64,000 nucleotides of DNA from a virus. Each line of letters starts with the position of its first letter. The first letter of the stretch is position 1. Location of the stretch: positions 96,001 to 160,000 of IMG/VR virus record IMGVR_UViG_3300027782_000032; one strand, 5' to 3'. The notes beneath the pieces are model-generated. The model worked only from the letters and a program-made list of their open reading frames with translations. It made no database searches and was not told the DNA's origin. A program made the translations under genes and the position numbers. Shown piece by piece: positions 27,400 to 37,798 of this stretch.

Positions 27400-27411
27400 T
27401 TAAACCCCTTA

Positions 27412-28194
27412 TTAGTTTACCTTCTTAAATCCTCGTTCAGACATCTCTCTAAACTCCTCAAAAAGATGATGAGTAAGTTTACAGTCAAAGTCAGCTTCGT
27501 GAGCGCTGCCTTGAAGGCTGTGCTTATTAACTAAGTCATATTTCTTAGAACAGTGCTTGTCTAAAGAACTGTAAAGCCTTCCACCTTCTTTTATAAGCCT
27601 TACATTGAAGCTAAACCAATCGTCACCAGGGTTAGGAGTCAGCTTACACTGACTTCCACGCTCTAGACCCATAGTATCAAAGTAGCTCATGCCTGAGCCT
27701 TCAAGGCTGAAGCTCTCGTTGTCGCCTCTAAGTTGCTTTACGCACCTATCTATCATTGGCTGGTCAAACCTAAGCCCGTTATGTGCTATAAAACTGAACT
27801 TATTAGCCTTACATAGTTTAACTATGTCCATAAAGTGAGTAAAAGCATCGTAGGCAGGTATGCCATGCTGCTTCATTCTTGAAATGCTGTGCTTATACAC
27901 AGAAGTGCCAGGCTCTCCAGGGTTCTTAGAGTCCATAGCGTTTTTGGTAAAAGCCATGCGGTTATCAAGCCAAGCACAAAAGTCTGGGCTGCTGTTATGA
28001 GTCCAGTCCACTATGAAGCTGCCGCAATCAACTAGTGAGCGATTGTGTACTAGAACATACCCCAACTGCACCACTAAGTCGTTTGATAAATCCAAGCCTG
28101 TTGACTCAACATCAAACACTATGTAGTTGGAAGGTAGCGGTCCAAGTTTAGATACTACCTTAGCCATCCACACGTCAGACTCTTCATCTATCAT
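27412..28194 (-). CDS. DEDDh 3'-5' exonuclease (DnaQ-like)
   Basis: VFDVESTG..AHNGLRFD..AHEADFD. Confidence 0.85.
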   Translation of the reverse strand: MIDEESDVWMAKVVSKLGPLPSNYIVFDVESTGLDLSNDLVVQLGYVLVHNRSLVDCGSFIVDWTHNSSPDFCAWLDNRMAFTKNAMDSKNPGEPGTSVYKHSISRMKQHGIPAYDAFTHFMDIVKLCKANKFSFIAHNGLRFDQPMIDRCVKQLRGDNESFSLEGSGMSYFDTMGLERGSQCKLTPNPGDDWFSFNVRLIKEGGRLYSSLDKHCSKKYDLVNKHSLQGSAHEADFDCKLTHHLFEEFREMSERGFKKVN

Positions 28195-28206
28195 AAGTCT
28201 TCCTAA

Positions 28207-28710
28207 CTATTTTTTAAAAAACGAAACAACCCTGTCGTATGCTCTTCCAAGTATAGACCTTCGTTTATAGAAGATACCGTCCATGGAAGACCCAACCAGT
28301 TCAACAAACCTCTTGTCGTTTAATGGTGACGGCTCGTCCTCAACTAAAACATCTCGTATAGAAGAATAGAACGCAGCCATCATCGTCTCACCAAGAGCGG
28401 CGTAGATTAACATCTTTGCTGAGTCATTACATTCAAATAATCCTGATTTTTCCATAGTGTCCTTAACATTATTAGGGCATTCATCAGGCCGTCCGCACAT
28501 TGCCATGTAGTTAGCCATAGCCTTAGCAGCCTTTGAAAGAGCTTCGTCAGTTACATGATGATGCTTAACTAGATCCATAAACCATGGAAGTCCTGTGCCT
28601 TTGCTAACCCTATCCATAGCAGACTGCATGATTTGAGGCCAGCAGTACGCTATGTCTCTTGAAGGGTTATATCTCCTACGATCTACGTGTCCTAAAATAT
28701 TGGTTGTCAA
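28207..28710 (-). CDS. Hypothetical protein
   Basis: 167-aa ORF, RBS AGGAG. Confidence 0.6.
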   Translation of the reverse strand: MTTNILGHVDRRRYNPSRDIAYCWPQIMQSAMDRVSKGTGLPWFMDLVKHHHVTDEALSKAAKAMANYMAMCGRPDECPNNVKDTMEKSGLFECNDSAKMLIYAALGETMMAAFYSSIRDVLVEDEPSPLNDKRFVELVGSSMDGIFYKRRSILGRAYDRVVSFFKK

Positions 28711-28721
28711 CTTAATCTCCT

Positions 28722-29630
28722 TTAATCTACTAGATTTAAACTTGTATTAATTACGCAATCGACACACTTACCTGGTTTTCCTGGGTCTATCCAAGATACT
28801 TTGTTACATACATCACAGTGCTTTTCTTGATAGGTATTCAAATGAGTAGCGGCTTCGCATTCGCTTAGACCTGCTGGGCACCTATGACAATTAACTGTTA
28901 CAGGGTACTCACGTGGGCACCTAAACTCTTCATTCCTATGTATAGACCTATACCTCTTTCTGAGCAATTCCCTGTTCTTTGACACTACATAGTCATTACA
29001 TAGAAACTCTGTGTAGTCAGGCTTATCCCTTACAGCTAGGTGATCAAAGTAACCTAGGAAGTATAGACTTGTAAAGTTAGATTCATCTAGATATGGATAT
29101 TTATTATTATCTTCGCTTCTGCTGAAACCTATTCTGTACTTTGCGTAGTTGCACATGTCGGATGACCAAAACCTTCTATATAACATAGAGCTGGCTGGTC
29201 CGCTCATAACGTCAAGGTCTACCCATATACCTCGCTGCTTGTTACCGTCTTTAAAAGACCTTACAGCCTTCTCTATACTTACTATCTTTATAAGGCCCCA
29301 GTCAGACCTTATTCTCCAGTCAGTGTCCTTGACCTGCTCGCCTTGCATTAGAAGAGGCATATTACCAGCTATCTTTGCAGCTATAGATTCTACGTCTCTA
29401 GCTGTAATAGGCTGCCTTAAATATTTAAGAAGCATATCTTGAGAGAAGGCAAAGTCTATACATGCCTTTGGAATACAAAATGATAAAGCAGCTGAAGCAG
29501 AACTAATAGAATCGCTTGTAAGAATGCTGCCACAAAAAGGAATGAGAGCATCAACAACCCGCTTGCGAGTGTTGAGTATTTTCGACGAAGACACCTTAAC
29601 CTTCTCATCACTAAGCCTCCTGCTAAACAT
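28722..29630 (-). CDS. Hypothetical protein with a C-terminal Cys cluster (Zn-binding)
   Basis: C..CHRC..C..CDVC..CVDC. Confidence 0.6.
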   Translation of the reverse strand: MFSRRLSDEKVKVSSSKILNTRKRVVDALIPFCGSILTSDSISSASAALSFCIPKACIDFAFSQDMLLKYLRQPITARDVESIAAKIAGNMPLLMQGEQVKDTDWRIRSDWGLIKIVSIEKAVRSFKDGNKQRGIWVDLDVMSGPASSMLYRRFWSSDMCNYAKYRIGFSRSEDNNKYPYLDESNFTSLYFLGYFDHLAVRDKPDYTEFLCNDYVVSKNRELLRKRYRSIHRNEEFRCPREYPVTVNCHRCPAGLSECEAATHLNTYQEKHCDVCNKVSWIDPGKPGKCVDCVINTSLNLVD

Positions 29631-29633
29631 TAA

Positions 29634-30383
29634 TCACCCTTCTTTCTTAAATCTGTCGTTCCATACTTCAAGTTGAGTCTTTTTAGAGCCAAGTGGCGGC
29701 TCGTTATAACCTCGTCTATCAGATGCAGATTCTTTTCCGTTATCGTCTGCGTTTACAGCGACGCCAGCCTTATAGCTTGAAAGTTTAAGGCCTTGATGCC
29801 TTATTAGCTCTCCTAAAAGGACATCTCCTCCGCAATGCTTAAGCATTGGATGAGGCCACTTATACTTGTTTATCACACTTGTCTTAATAATCCACCACCC
29901 TCCTGTAGCAAACTTTGTCATCTCTGGTCTTCCAGGAAGAGGTCCACTTACAAACCAGTCACAGTGGAGACGTCTCCAATCGGTCTGTCCTGGTAATATG
30001 GGTATGTGATATATAGCGCCTGCCATGTCTGATTCGCTATCGTTCATAAACTTCTCAGTAGCTGATAGCCAAGCCAATGGATTAGAGTCTTTTATGAAGC
30101 TATCGTCATCAAACCACATGACGTAGTCAGTGGTAATAGGCTTTGCTTTGAAAAGCCTATCCATCATAGGGTATTTGAATATCTGTGGGTTAAAGCTAAG
30201 GTTGACTAACCTGTCGCTATGAATGAATAGGTCTGAGACTACCTTATTGGTAGCCTCAGACGTCTCGTTTAATCCTATTCTAACTTCGACTCCGCTTTTA
30301 TAAAGCTGGCTTACAGGGCTTAAACACCTTGAAGCCAGCTTAGGGTAGTCTCCGTACATCAGACAGCATACTGTAGTGCTCAA
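29634..30383 (-). CDS. GT-A fold glycosyltransferase-like protein
   Basis: YVMWFDDDS; FATGGWW; GGDVLLG. Confidence 0.6.
   Translation of the reverse strand: MSTTVCCLMYGDYPKLASRCLSPVSQLYKSGVEVRIGLNETSEATNKVVSDLFIHSDRLVNLSFNPQIFKYPMMDRLFKAKPITTDYVMWFDDDSFIKDSNPLAWLSATEKFMNDSESDMAGAIYHIPILPGQTDWRRLHCDWFVSGPLPGRPEMTKFATGGWWIIKTSVINKYKWPHPMLKHCGGDVLLGELIRHQGLKLSSYKAGVAVNADDNGKESASDRRGYNEPPLGSKKTQLEVWNDRFKKEG
29964..29979. promoter_or_regulatory. Palindrome site 6 (in CDS, frame W-R-R-L)
   Basis: GTGGAGACGTCTCCAA. Confidence 0.8.
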
Positions 30384-30390
30384 TATAACC

Positions 30391-31299
30391 TCAGCTACTT
30401 AGCTTAGAGTCTATAGACGCTGGCCTCCTTGACTTAGTCTTGGATAGCGCTTCAGACTTGTCAGCGTCGGTTAACGCCTTCTTGGCAGTGGCCCTTTCTT
30501 CTATGGCCTTCTTGGTAACAGATGGAAGGTTTTCAGTAAATACTAAAATCCTAGCCAACATGGTACTAAGAGTAGCTACAGTCTCGTGCATCTCCTCTAC
30601 TTTTGATAGAAACTCATCAGGCTTTTCTATCTGGTTTACAACCTCAGTAAAGTCAGCTAGCACGTTCTCAACCTGAGCTTTAATCTTTGCCTGATATCTT
30701 TCAGTACCACTAATAACTTGCTTAATTGTAGAAGACACTTCTGAGCCCCTGTTAGCAACCCTCTTAGCTGTAGTGCCCCCAAACTCAGACTTAATCTCAG
30801 ACATAAGATCCCTAACCGACAACTTACCAGATATAGCCTTATCTATCATCTTTCTTCTATTATCGTGTGGATCCGTTTCTGAAGAGCTTGGAAGATGCAT
30901 AACGCTAGCAAAGTGAGACCAAGTTAAAACAAACCCAGAGTCTTTAGCTCGCTGGACTACCTTGTTAAGCTCTGACTTAGTAGCGTACATAGAGCTGAAA
31001 GTAATCGTCTTATAAACTGTTGACTTATCAACTGAAAGAGCTTTAGATAGCTGCTCTACAGCCTTGTCTCCTAGCTTAGGGTTACCCCTAACTGTTCTAG
31101 CTACACTACCCCTGTCGTAGTTAAAGCTGATCATGTCGTCTCTAAACTCTTGATAAGCCTTCTTTTCCTTCTCGTAAATTTCAAACAGCTCGTCGCTCAT
31201 TGAGTCAGTTATATCTGGCTTGTTAGGCTCACTTGATTTGACATGCTGATTTGCAGCCAACTCAGTATCCTTTTCAATTGCTTCTAATTTGTCTTTCAT
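30391..31299 (-). CDS. DUF1016-N/ParB-like HTH DNA-binding protein with a C-terminal coiled coil
   Basis: G..AVEQLSKAL..KSTVY HTH, LTWSHF, R..I..A..LSVRDL..I; no ParB CTPase motif seen. Confidence 0.55.
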   Translation of the reverse strand: MKDKLEAIEKDTELAANQHVKSSEPNKPDITDSMSDELFEIYEKEKKAYQEFRDDMISFNYDRGSVARTVRGNPKLGDKAVEQLSKALSVDKSTVYKTITFSSMYATKSELNKVVQRAKDSGFVLTWSHFASVMHLPSSSETDPHDNRRKMIDKAISGKLSVRDLMSEIKSEFGGTTAKRVANRGSEVSSTIKQVISGTERYQAKIKAQVENVLADFTEVVNQIEKPDEFLSKVEEMHETVATLSTMLARILVFTENLPSVTKKAIEERATAKKALTDADKSEALSKTKSRRPASIDSKLSS

Positions 31300-31326
31300 G
31301 AATCACCTCAGTTGTAAAAGAAAAGA

Positions 31327-32517
31327 CTATTCACCGGAAACACTATCCGGCAAAACCAACCTGTTAAAAAACAAATTCCAAGCTACTCGCTCGTACTTGT
31401 CCGTGTTGGAGAAGTTGAGAGATCTCTGCTCAAAACTCTCCATAGTTATAGAACGCACCAAGTCCATAGCAGATCTACTTGGCCAGTTCTTAGATCTATC
31501 TAGCATGAGGAAATTGTTTGAAGCAGGCTCGTCACCAGTCAGAACCATAGACAGGCATCGCCTAGACATAAAGTAAGTTAGACCACCCCTGTCAGTTAAG
31601 AACTCAACTAATGAACTGAACCTAGCTTCATCCTTCTCTTCACCTGTAAAGCCTAGAAGCCTACCCTGAGCATCTGACTCTTTCTTAGCCAGAGACTCTT
31701 TAGAAAATGTCTTGTTTTCAAGCTTAGATACTACACCAACAATGAGTTGAGATAACTTACCAAGAAGGTCTCTTCCTGAATGAGCTACTCTTCCCATTCT
31801 TCCATAAGAAGACTGCATAGTGGCTCCCTTACTATCAATAAGAACTACAGCCGCTTTTATGGCTGAGTCTCCTATCTCGCTGTTAACAAGCCTTATGCCT
31901 GGTGTAAGCCCTGTCTCATCGTAGCCATCCATAGAGTACACTAGGGATACGCGTCTTCCGGACAGCTCAGCAGAGAAGAAAGAAAGGCTTACGCTACAAG
32001 AACCCATAACACTAGAAACAGCCGATAAAAAGTCACTATTGGATAACCTCCTGTATCTATTGCCTACTAGAGCCTCTATGACCCTCGTCTCAGAGTTTCT
32101 AATGGCCTGGAAACCAAACAATCTGCCAAACCTTTTCTTGAGAACAAGGTTGTATAAGGATGCAGCCTCTCCGACTGTAAAGTCTTCGTCAGGGTCTGCT
32201 TTAACCTTTGACGGTTTATCCATGGCGTCTGCAGACCTCCTCATGCCTAATAAGTCGGCAAGAGAAGATGCCAGACCTGCAGATAGAGCTTTGCAGATCT
32301 GGCGCATAGCCAACCATGAGATACGATCGCCCCCAGCTGTTAAAGCTTTTCTAGAAAGTATAAGCTGATCCTCGGAGTCTATCATCCAAGAATCAGTAGT
32401 CCTTTCACAGTCAGCTAAAACATTAACTAGCTTTTCATAGTCGGTTCTATGGAACAACGCACCCCGTAAGGAGACGGCGAGGTTGGTAGGTTCGTTACTA
32501 GGGGATCTTGTAGCCAT
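31327..32517 (-). CDS. DUF932-like protein
   Basis: ALVGNRYRRLSNSDFL..GIRLVNSEIG pattern. Confidence 0.55.
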   Translation of the reverse strand: MATRSPSNEPTNLAVSLRGALFHRTDYEKLVNVLADCERTTDSWMIDSEDQLILSRKALTAGGDRISWLAMRQICKALSAGLASSLADLLGMRRSADAMDKPSKVKADPDEDFTVGEAASLYNLVLKKRFGRLFGFQAIRNSETRVIEALVGNRYRRLSNSDFLSAVSSVMGSCSVSLSFFSAELSGRRVSLVYSMDGYDETGLTPGIRLVNSEIGDSAIKAAVVLIDSKGATMQSSYGRMGRVAHSGRDLLGKLSQLIVGVVSKLENKTFSKESLAKKESDAQGRLLGFTGEEKDEARFSSLVEFLTDRGGLTYFMSRRCLSMVLTGDEPASNNFLMLDRSKNWPSRSAMDLVRSITMESFEQRSLNFSNTDKYERVAWNLFFNRLVLPDSVSGE

Positions 32518-32523
32518 GGTTAG

Positions 32524-32907
32524 TTACTCTGGTTTAGACCATGAAAACTTAACTGTCTTACTACAGAACCCAAGCTTATCCACGTCATTAGACAGGCTAA
32601 CAAGCATCTCTACTTGGGCTGGGTTAACTTGAGAAATGAGAGCCTTGGCTGCTTCCTTTACAGCGTCTCCAAGGTTATTTATAGAAGGGTTAAAGTCTAC
32701 AAGAGTCTTGAACCAATCTCGGTCAAAAGCCTCTAGAGTGCTAGCTACTTCTTTGTCACAGGAAGGTACATACTGTAGAGCAACCTCCAAGTACTTACAA
32801 GGAACTGAAGCTGCACACGAGGGGCTGTCACTAACCTCTAAAGGTATGTTGGCAGACCTGCTCATTTCTACATACAGGTTTCCACCATCTTTACTGTTAT
32901 CTTTCAT
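32524..32907 (-). CDS. Hypothetical protein
   Basis: 127-aa ORF in operon. Confidence 0.55.
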   Translation of the reverse strand: MKDNSKDGGNLYVEMSRSANIPLEVSDSPSCAASVPCKYLEVALQYVPSCDKEVASTLEAFDRDWFKTLVDFNPSINNLGDAVKEAAKALISQVNPAQVEMLVSLSNDVDKLGFCSKTVKFSWSKPE

Positions 32908-32921
32908 TAGAAATCCTTTCG

Positions 32922-33479
32922 CTAATTAGACCATGTGATCGAATCAAGAAGCTGCTCGAACGGCTCGATCACAAAGCTTTCTCCGTTCTTTAAAGATTTG
33001 TAAATCTTTAAGCAGTCATCGTCTTTGGCGGCGGCCACGCTGTACCAAGAACCGCCAAATTGTTTCGACTCTAAATTATGAATACAACACATTTTCCAAC
33101 TGGGCCAGTTGAACACTACTGCTGTAGGCTTTGTAAGAAAGTCATCAACACCGCTAAGCTTGATGGCATCTTCATTACTTTTCCAAGCAGCATATAATTC
33201 GGTCCTCTTAAAACCGCTATGTAGACCAGCCCACATGTCTCGTATCCATGGGATGTTTTTATAAACTACCCTAATTGGAAAATTAGGGTACTCTTCGTAA
33301 AACCAAGATAATGTAACCTTGGCATCACCAGTTTGTTCTTTGCAAAGCCTCTTAAGATGAGGAAACGAACCAATGCAAGGAAACCTATTAACAAGGACTC
33401 TTAAGGCTGCCTCAACTGAGACAGCCTCCGAGTCTATTCCTACCGGCCTCTTGCTGAAGAACTCTTCACTACTTACCAT
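32922..33479 (-). CDS. Hypothetical protein
   Basis: 185-aa ORF abutting the RecA-like gene. Confidence 0.6.
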   Translation of the reverse strand: MVSSEEFFSKRPVGIDSEAVSVEAALRVLVNRFPCIGSFPHLKRLCKEQTGDAKVTLSWFYEEYPNFPIRVVYKNIPWIRDMWAGLHSGFKRTELYAAWKSNEDAIKLSGVDDFLTKPTAVVFNWPSWKMCCIHNLESKQFGGSWYSVAAAKDDDCLKIYKSLKNGESFVIEPFEQLLDSITWSN

Positions 33480-34691
33480 TTACACACCCACTTTCTCAAC
33501 TTCTCCAGCTTCACATGCTTCTCTCATCTGAGTTGAGTAGGGAACTCCTAAGACAAAAGGCCTACGCTTTCGTATACCTTGAGAAGCATCAAGTTCTTCC
33601 CTCATAGCTACGTCTGCGTCGATAGCTGCTCCTACCTCGGTCCAGCTAGCTCCTACCAATCCCAACTTTGAGCAGTCAGCAGTTCTGCGTGACTTATCAA
33701 TGTTTTTAAGTCCTGTAATGTCAGTAATAACCTTCTTGCGTACTGAAGTCATACCTTCTATGATGCGTATGCTTGCTTCATGCCAATCCCACCAAGTGGT
33801 TTGAACACCATTTTCGTCAAATGTCCACTTCATAGGAGCTAGTATGGACCTTCGCTCTGGAGCCGTTCCAAGGCTGTTCTTATCCATAATAAACTTAATT
33901 AAACGACCAGACTCATCAAGCCTGTCTATGTCGTCCTTCCTTTGCATTCTTATTTTAAAAGTAGCATAAAAATCTAACGATTGGCCTCCAGGTATCTTAT
34001 ACTCTGGAATACCGTTTGCGTCCTTACCTATCTTCATATGGTTAACCCCAATGAAGCTAAAAGGCCACACTCTAATCTCTGAAAACACAAACTTACAATA
34101 GGTGTTAATAATGTTTGCACCTTTTGCAAAGTTTATCTGTGCAAAACCTTTTTCCCATATCGCAGCAATCTCTGCTCTAGTTGCAACAGCTGTTAAAGAG
34201 TCGACTCCAATAGCTCCAGGAAAAGGACAAGATCCTGACTCAGAAAAAGCTTTTCTACTTTCTTTAAGCCATTTTGTTATGTTCTCTTGCCAGTCCTCTA
34301 TGCTGTTACAAGTCTGAGTTGGCCACTTTCTATCAGCTTCATGGCCAATTATACTAGACCTAAGATCAGGGCTATCTTTAGGTTCGGCTAGGTTAAAGAT
34401 GTACCCACCACCTGCATTAACATGCCATCTAAACATCTCATACAACATCGCTGATTTACAAGATTCGTTAATGCCGTACAACTCTGTCATCCTGCTTAAT
34501 GGAAAGCAGTCGTTCTGGAACAAGTATCTTAGGCTAAACGCAGGCAATGGAATGCCTATGATAACCCTTTGAGACTCTGATCCAATGTAAGTATCGTTAC
34601 GTCCGAGCTCAGCTTGTGAAGATGTCATCTGTGAAGAAAAAAAGTCAGATGCTGTTATCTTTACGTCTGGGTCCCACTTCTTCTTAGCCAT
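33480..34691 (-). CDS. recA: RecA/UvsX-like recombinase
   Basis: ELYGINESCKS, IGVDSLTA, FIGVNH, PGGQSLDFYATFKI, MDKNSLG. Confidence 0.85.
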   Translation of the reverse strand: MAKKKWDPDVKITASDFFSSQMTSSQAELGRNDTYIGSESQRVIIGIPLPAFSLRYLFQNDCFPLSRMTELYGINESCKSAMLYEMFRWHVNAGGGYIFNLAEPKDSPDLRSSIIGHEADRKWPTQTCNSIEDWQENITKWLKESRKAFSESGSCPFPGAIGVDSLTAVATRAEIAAIWEKGFAQINFAKGANIINTYCKFVFSEIRVWPFSFIGVNHMKIGKDANGIPEYKIPGGQSLDFYATFKIRMQRKDDIDRLDESGRLIKFIMDKNSLGTAPERRSILAPMKWTFDENGVQTTWWDWHEASIRIIEGMTSVRKKVITDITGLKNIDKSRRTADCSKLGLVGASWTEVGAAIDADVAMREELDASQGIRKRRPFVLGVPYSTQMREACEAGEVEKVGV

Positions 34692-34722
34692 GTGTCTATC
34701 TCCTTATTTCTATGTGTATTAG

Positions 34723-34749
34723 AGACCCTCCAGTAACTCTGGAGGGTCT
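34723..34749. terminator. Hairpin between the SSB candidate and RecA
   Basis: AGACCCTCCAG-TAACT-CTGGAGGGTCT, perfect 11-bp stem; no clear U-tract. Confidence 0.55.
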
Positions 34750-34760
34750 TGTGTTAACTA

Positions 34761-36086
34761 CTACTTACCGTCAGTAATTCCAGCCTTAGCCCTTAACTCC
34801 CTTAACTGAGCCATAAGCGCATCCTTGTCCAAGTCAATCTCTGGTGCAGCAGCGGCTGCATTAACGATCTTCTGTGGATCTGGATAAGGCTGTGGTGCAG
34901 CTTTAACAGGAGCCTGAACAGGCACAGGTTGGTGTGGGACGTTAGCTACAGTAGCCGGAGCGTAAGCAGCAGGAACTGGAGCATAAGTTGGTATAGAAGG
35001 AGCATATCCTGGGTTAGACACTGCAGTAGCCATAAGCCCTACCTGCCTAAGGTATTCATTACCAAAGTTCAGGAAGTCTGCAGGTAAGAACCGCTCATAT
35101 CTATCACGTAAAGCATGTACTACTAAACCAGCGTGCGAAGCTTGGCCTCTCATACTATCAACAACGTATCTAATCTGCTCTTCGTCAGAAGGGAAGTTTA
35201 GGTTGTCTCTAATAGGAGTAGCAGTCCTTCTAGCCACGATCTCCATCTCTGCATCGGTAAAGCTGGCCGGTTGGCCTCTGTACGTTTTGCTGATTAAACA
35301 ATCGTAACCTTTGCCCTGTGGCTTGCCGTAGCTAGCTGGCGATAAAGCAGGCGCTTCATAACCTCTAGGAGTCATTCCAATCTCGTAAAAGACTAGGAAT
35401 GCTCCGTCCTTAACGGACACTACGTCGCCACTCTTAAACTTGTCATTAACATTACCAGTGGAGCTGGCTCCGTCATTCTTCAACAAGCTTAACTCTCTAA
35501 TAAGAGCTTGAGCAGCTGACTTTTTTAACACCATAAAAACAGTCTGATGATGAGGCGCTAAACCGTCAACAGGTTGCTTTGGCTCTCCCTTATACTCATA
35601 AACTGCGCATCTTACGATAAGCACTCTATCAGGCTTAGAGACAGTTGCTGACTTACCAGCGCCGCCCTTGATGGCAAGAGCCCATTCTTGAGGACCGCGC
35701 ACGTTGGTGTTGTTGGCTACTTGATAAGCCAGATCATATACCATGACGCTAGGATTGCTCCTTACCTCATAGTTATGGTCCTCTGGATCGTAAGCAATCC
35801 AACTCTTCTGAGGGTTACCAAAGCTTGAAACCATGGTAGCTTCAAAGAACCACTTAGAACACTCAGATTCGCTATACCTTGCTGGCTGGAAGCTATTGCC
35901 TTCAGTACAAGGGAAAGGACGAATTACAGTAGCATCACTTTTAGTCCATGAAGGACGCATGATGATGCCAGCCCCTGGCTTAAGAGTGTGATCACCCCTG
36001 TTAGAGTCTGGTCTGGAATCAAAGTTTGGCAAACTAATACCTAAAGACATAAAAGACCTCCAAATGAAAAAATTGGAACAGCACAA
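34761..36086 (-). CDS. Putative ssDNA-binding/recombination accessory protein
   Basis: Next to RecA; TVIRPFP resembles the gp32-type start; Pro/Ala-rich tail. Confidence 0.35.
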   Translation of the reverse strand: MCCSNFFIWRSFMSLGISLPNFDSRPDSNRGDHTLKPGAGIIMRPSWTKSDATVIRPFPCTEGNSFQPARYSESECSKWFFEATMVSSFGNPQKSWIAYDPEDHNYEVRSNPSVMVYDLAYQVANNTNVRGPQEWALAIKGGAGKSATVSKPDRVLIVRCAVYEYKGEPKQPVDGLAPHHQTVFMVLKKSAAQALIRELSLLKNDGASSTGNVNDKFKSGDVVSVKDGAFLVFYEIGMTPRGYEAPALSPASYGKPQGKGYDCLISKTYRGQPASFTDAEMEIVARRTATPIRDNLNFPSDEEQIRYVVDSMRGQASHAGLVVHALRDRYERFLPADFLNFGNEYLRQVGLMATAVSNPGYAPSIPTYAPVPAAYAPATVANVPHQPVPVQAPVKAAPQPYPDPQKIVNAAAAAPEIDLDKDALMAQLRELRAKAGITDGK

Positions 36087-36190
36087 CGCTGTTCCGGAAC
36101 ACTGTGTGACGGATTTAAATAGCCTAATAGACTTTTTGGATTTTTAAAACGAATTGTCGATGTGCTGTACGTCACGTAGACTCGATTCAT

Positions 36191-36694
36191 CTAAAGACCA
36201 CTAGGAACCATTAGACCATTAGACCCGTTAGAAAAATTTACACTTATGAATGCCGTTATCTGGTTGTTAAGTTCTCTTAAGTCTCCAGCGTTGTTCAAAA
36301 CATGAGTGCAGTTAGAAGAAGTATAGGTTACCGTTGGGTCTTTGGCAATACCTGGCCTATCAACCCAAACTGCTATTTTTATAAGTCCTTCCTGTAAAGC
36401 AGTTTGCAACTCTAAAAAAGTTCTTGCACCACACACAATAGGGCTAAATTTTAAACAAGTTCTGATTAATTTGGCAGGGTCATCACCCCTGTATTCTTCT
36501 AGTATTCGCTTCCAGTCTTCTCGTATCTCATGCCTAGTATCCCAAGCTAACTGGTCAGGAATGCCTAGTTTTGCAGCGACTATCTCTTTGTGCATCCAAG
36601 ATATGCTGCCTGCGTATGGAATACCTGTAATTTTAGAAAACATATAAGCAGACGTGTCTTTACCAGACCTACCGTATCCACAGAAAGCTATCAT
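36191..36694 (-). CDS. Deoxynucleoside monophosphate kinase
   Basis: IAFCGYGRSGKDT P-loop; VCGAR..E; WVDRPG. Confidence 0.75.
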   Translation of the reverse strand: MIAFCGYGRSGKDTSAYMFSKITGIPYAGSISWMHKEIVAAKLGIPDQLAWDTRHEIREDWKRILEEYRGDDPAKLIRTCLKFSPIVCGARTFLELQTALQEGLIKIAVWVDRPGIAKDPTVTYTSSNCTHVLNNAGDLRELNNQITAFISVNFSNGSNGLMVPSGL

Positions 36695-36761
36695 AGTTAC
36701 CCCTTTAAAAAGTTAATAAGGGCACAGTTTAACATTCGTATTTGCGATGTAAACAAAATAA

Positions 36762-37370
36762 CTATGAAGGCGTTAACCATGTCTTAAAGTCGCCTAAAGC
36801 ATCTACATCTACTTTTGGATCCTTACTAACTTCAGGTTCTTTAACTCCAGTAAAATAACCTTTGTCGTAAGTGTTAGTACCTAAGTCGTTACAAACTTGC
36901 TCGTACTCTGAGACCTCAATGTCTATTGTTAAGCTGTTAAAGTAAATGTTTATAGTGCCTCTGCATCCTTCATTATTAAAATCAGACCTAGAATCAAGAT
37001 CTATAATTTGAAACAAAAGATCTTCTTTAGCAGCCCATAAATTTACATTAGAGAGTGGAGCTTCAGTTCTAGTATCTACAGGAGTAAAAGCAATAACGTC
37101 TAAAGCCTGCTGCTCAAACTCAGCAGCCAAAGCGCTGCTTATTGAACATGGGCATTTTGTATCATGAGCTGTAATCGGTCCAATAGGAGAGCTTCTGTAT
37201 AATAAATCAAAAGAAGTTCTTGTTACACCACAGTGTATGCAAAATACAGCCGTATTATCAAAGTCACTAAATGAATCGCCTGAGCCTGAAAAGTCTGTAC
37301 TAAAACTTCCAATTAAATTGTAAGTCATAGCAGCATGTTCAATATAAGTCATAATATCTTCACTTCTCAT
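36762..37370 (-). CDS. DUF6878-like protein
   Basis: FSGSGDS..DFNNEG.RG.I.I; paired with a DUF6915-like gene; ends LGDFKTWLTPS. Confidence 0.55.
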   Translation of the reverse strand: MRSEDIMTYIEHAAMTYNLIGSFSTDFSGSGDSFSDFDNTAVFCIHCGVTRTSFDLLYRSSPIGPITAHDTKCPCSISSALAAEFEQQALDVIAFTPVDTRTEAPLSNVNLWAAKEDLLFQIIDLDSRSDFNNEGCRGTINIYFNSLTIDIEVSEYEQVCNDLGTNTYDKGYFTGVKEPEVSKDPKVDVDALGDFKTWLTPS

Positions 37371-37798
37371 TTTACTTCTCCAATTGATTGCAGGTTAATT
37401 GTTCTAGTTACTTTTCTAAGTTCAGATTCAGAATCGGCCAAGTATGTCTTAGTTCTAGGGGCTGGCCCCATAGCATTATTCATCCAAGGCGTGAGATTCA
37501 TCTCAGAAAGATAATCCATCACGTTTGGAAAGAACTTAAACTTAAAGTCCTCGTTTATATGCTGCTCGCATATCCGATATATGCTAACTATCTTTCCGTC
37601 ACTATTTGTAATTGTCTTGCCAAAAATAGGCTCCATCACCTCAAATATCCAGAAGTGGCTATGTGTAAGTGCTCTATGTCGGTTATCTCCGCAGTACTTC
37701 TTGCTGCAATCCATCTTTTCATGGATTGCCATATAATCCTCAGGCTTACCACCAAACTGCCTAGCCGAACTAAGCGAGTGAACTAGAGGCTCTGCCAT
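37367..37798 (-). CDS. DUF6915-like protein
   Basis: HSLSSARQFGGKPEDY..IH..MD.SK..DNRHRAL.H..EQHI.ED. Confidence 0.75.
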   Translation of the reverse strand: MAEPLVHSLSSARQFGGKPEDYMAIHEKMDCSKKYCGDNRHRALTHSHFWIFEVMEPIFGKTITNSDGKIVSIYRICEQHINEDFKFKFFPNVMDYLSEMNLTPWMNNAMGPAPRTKTYLADSESELRKVTRTINLQSIGEVK

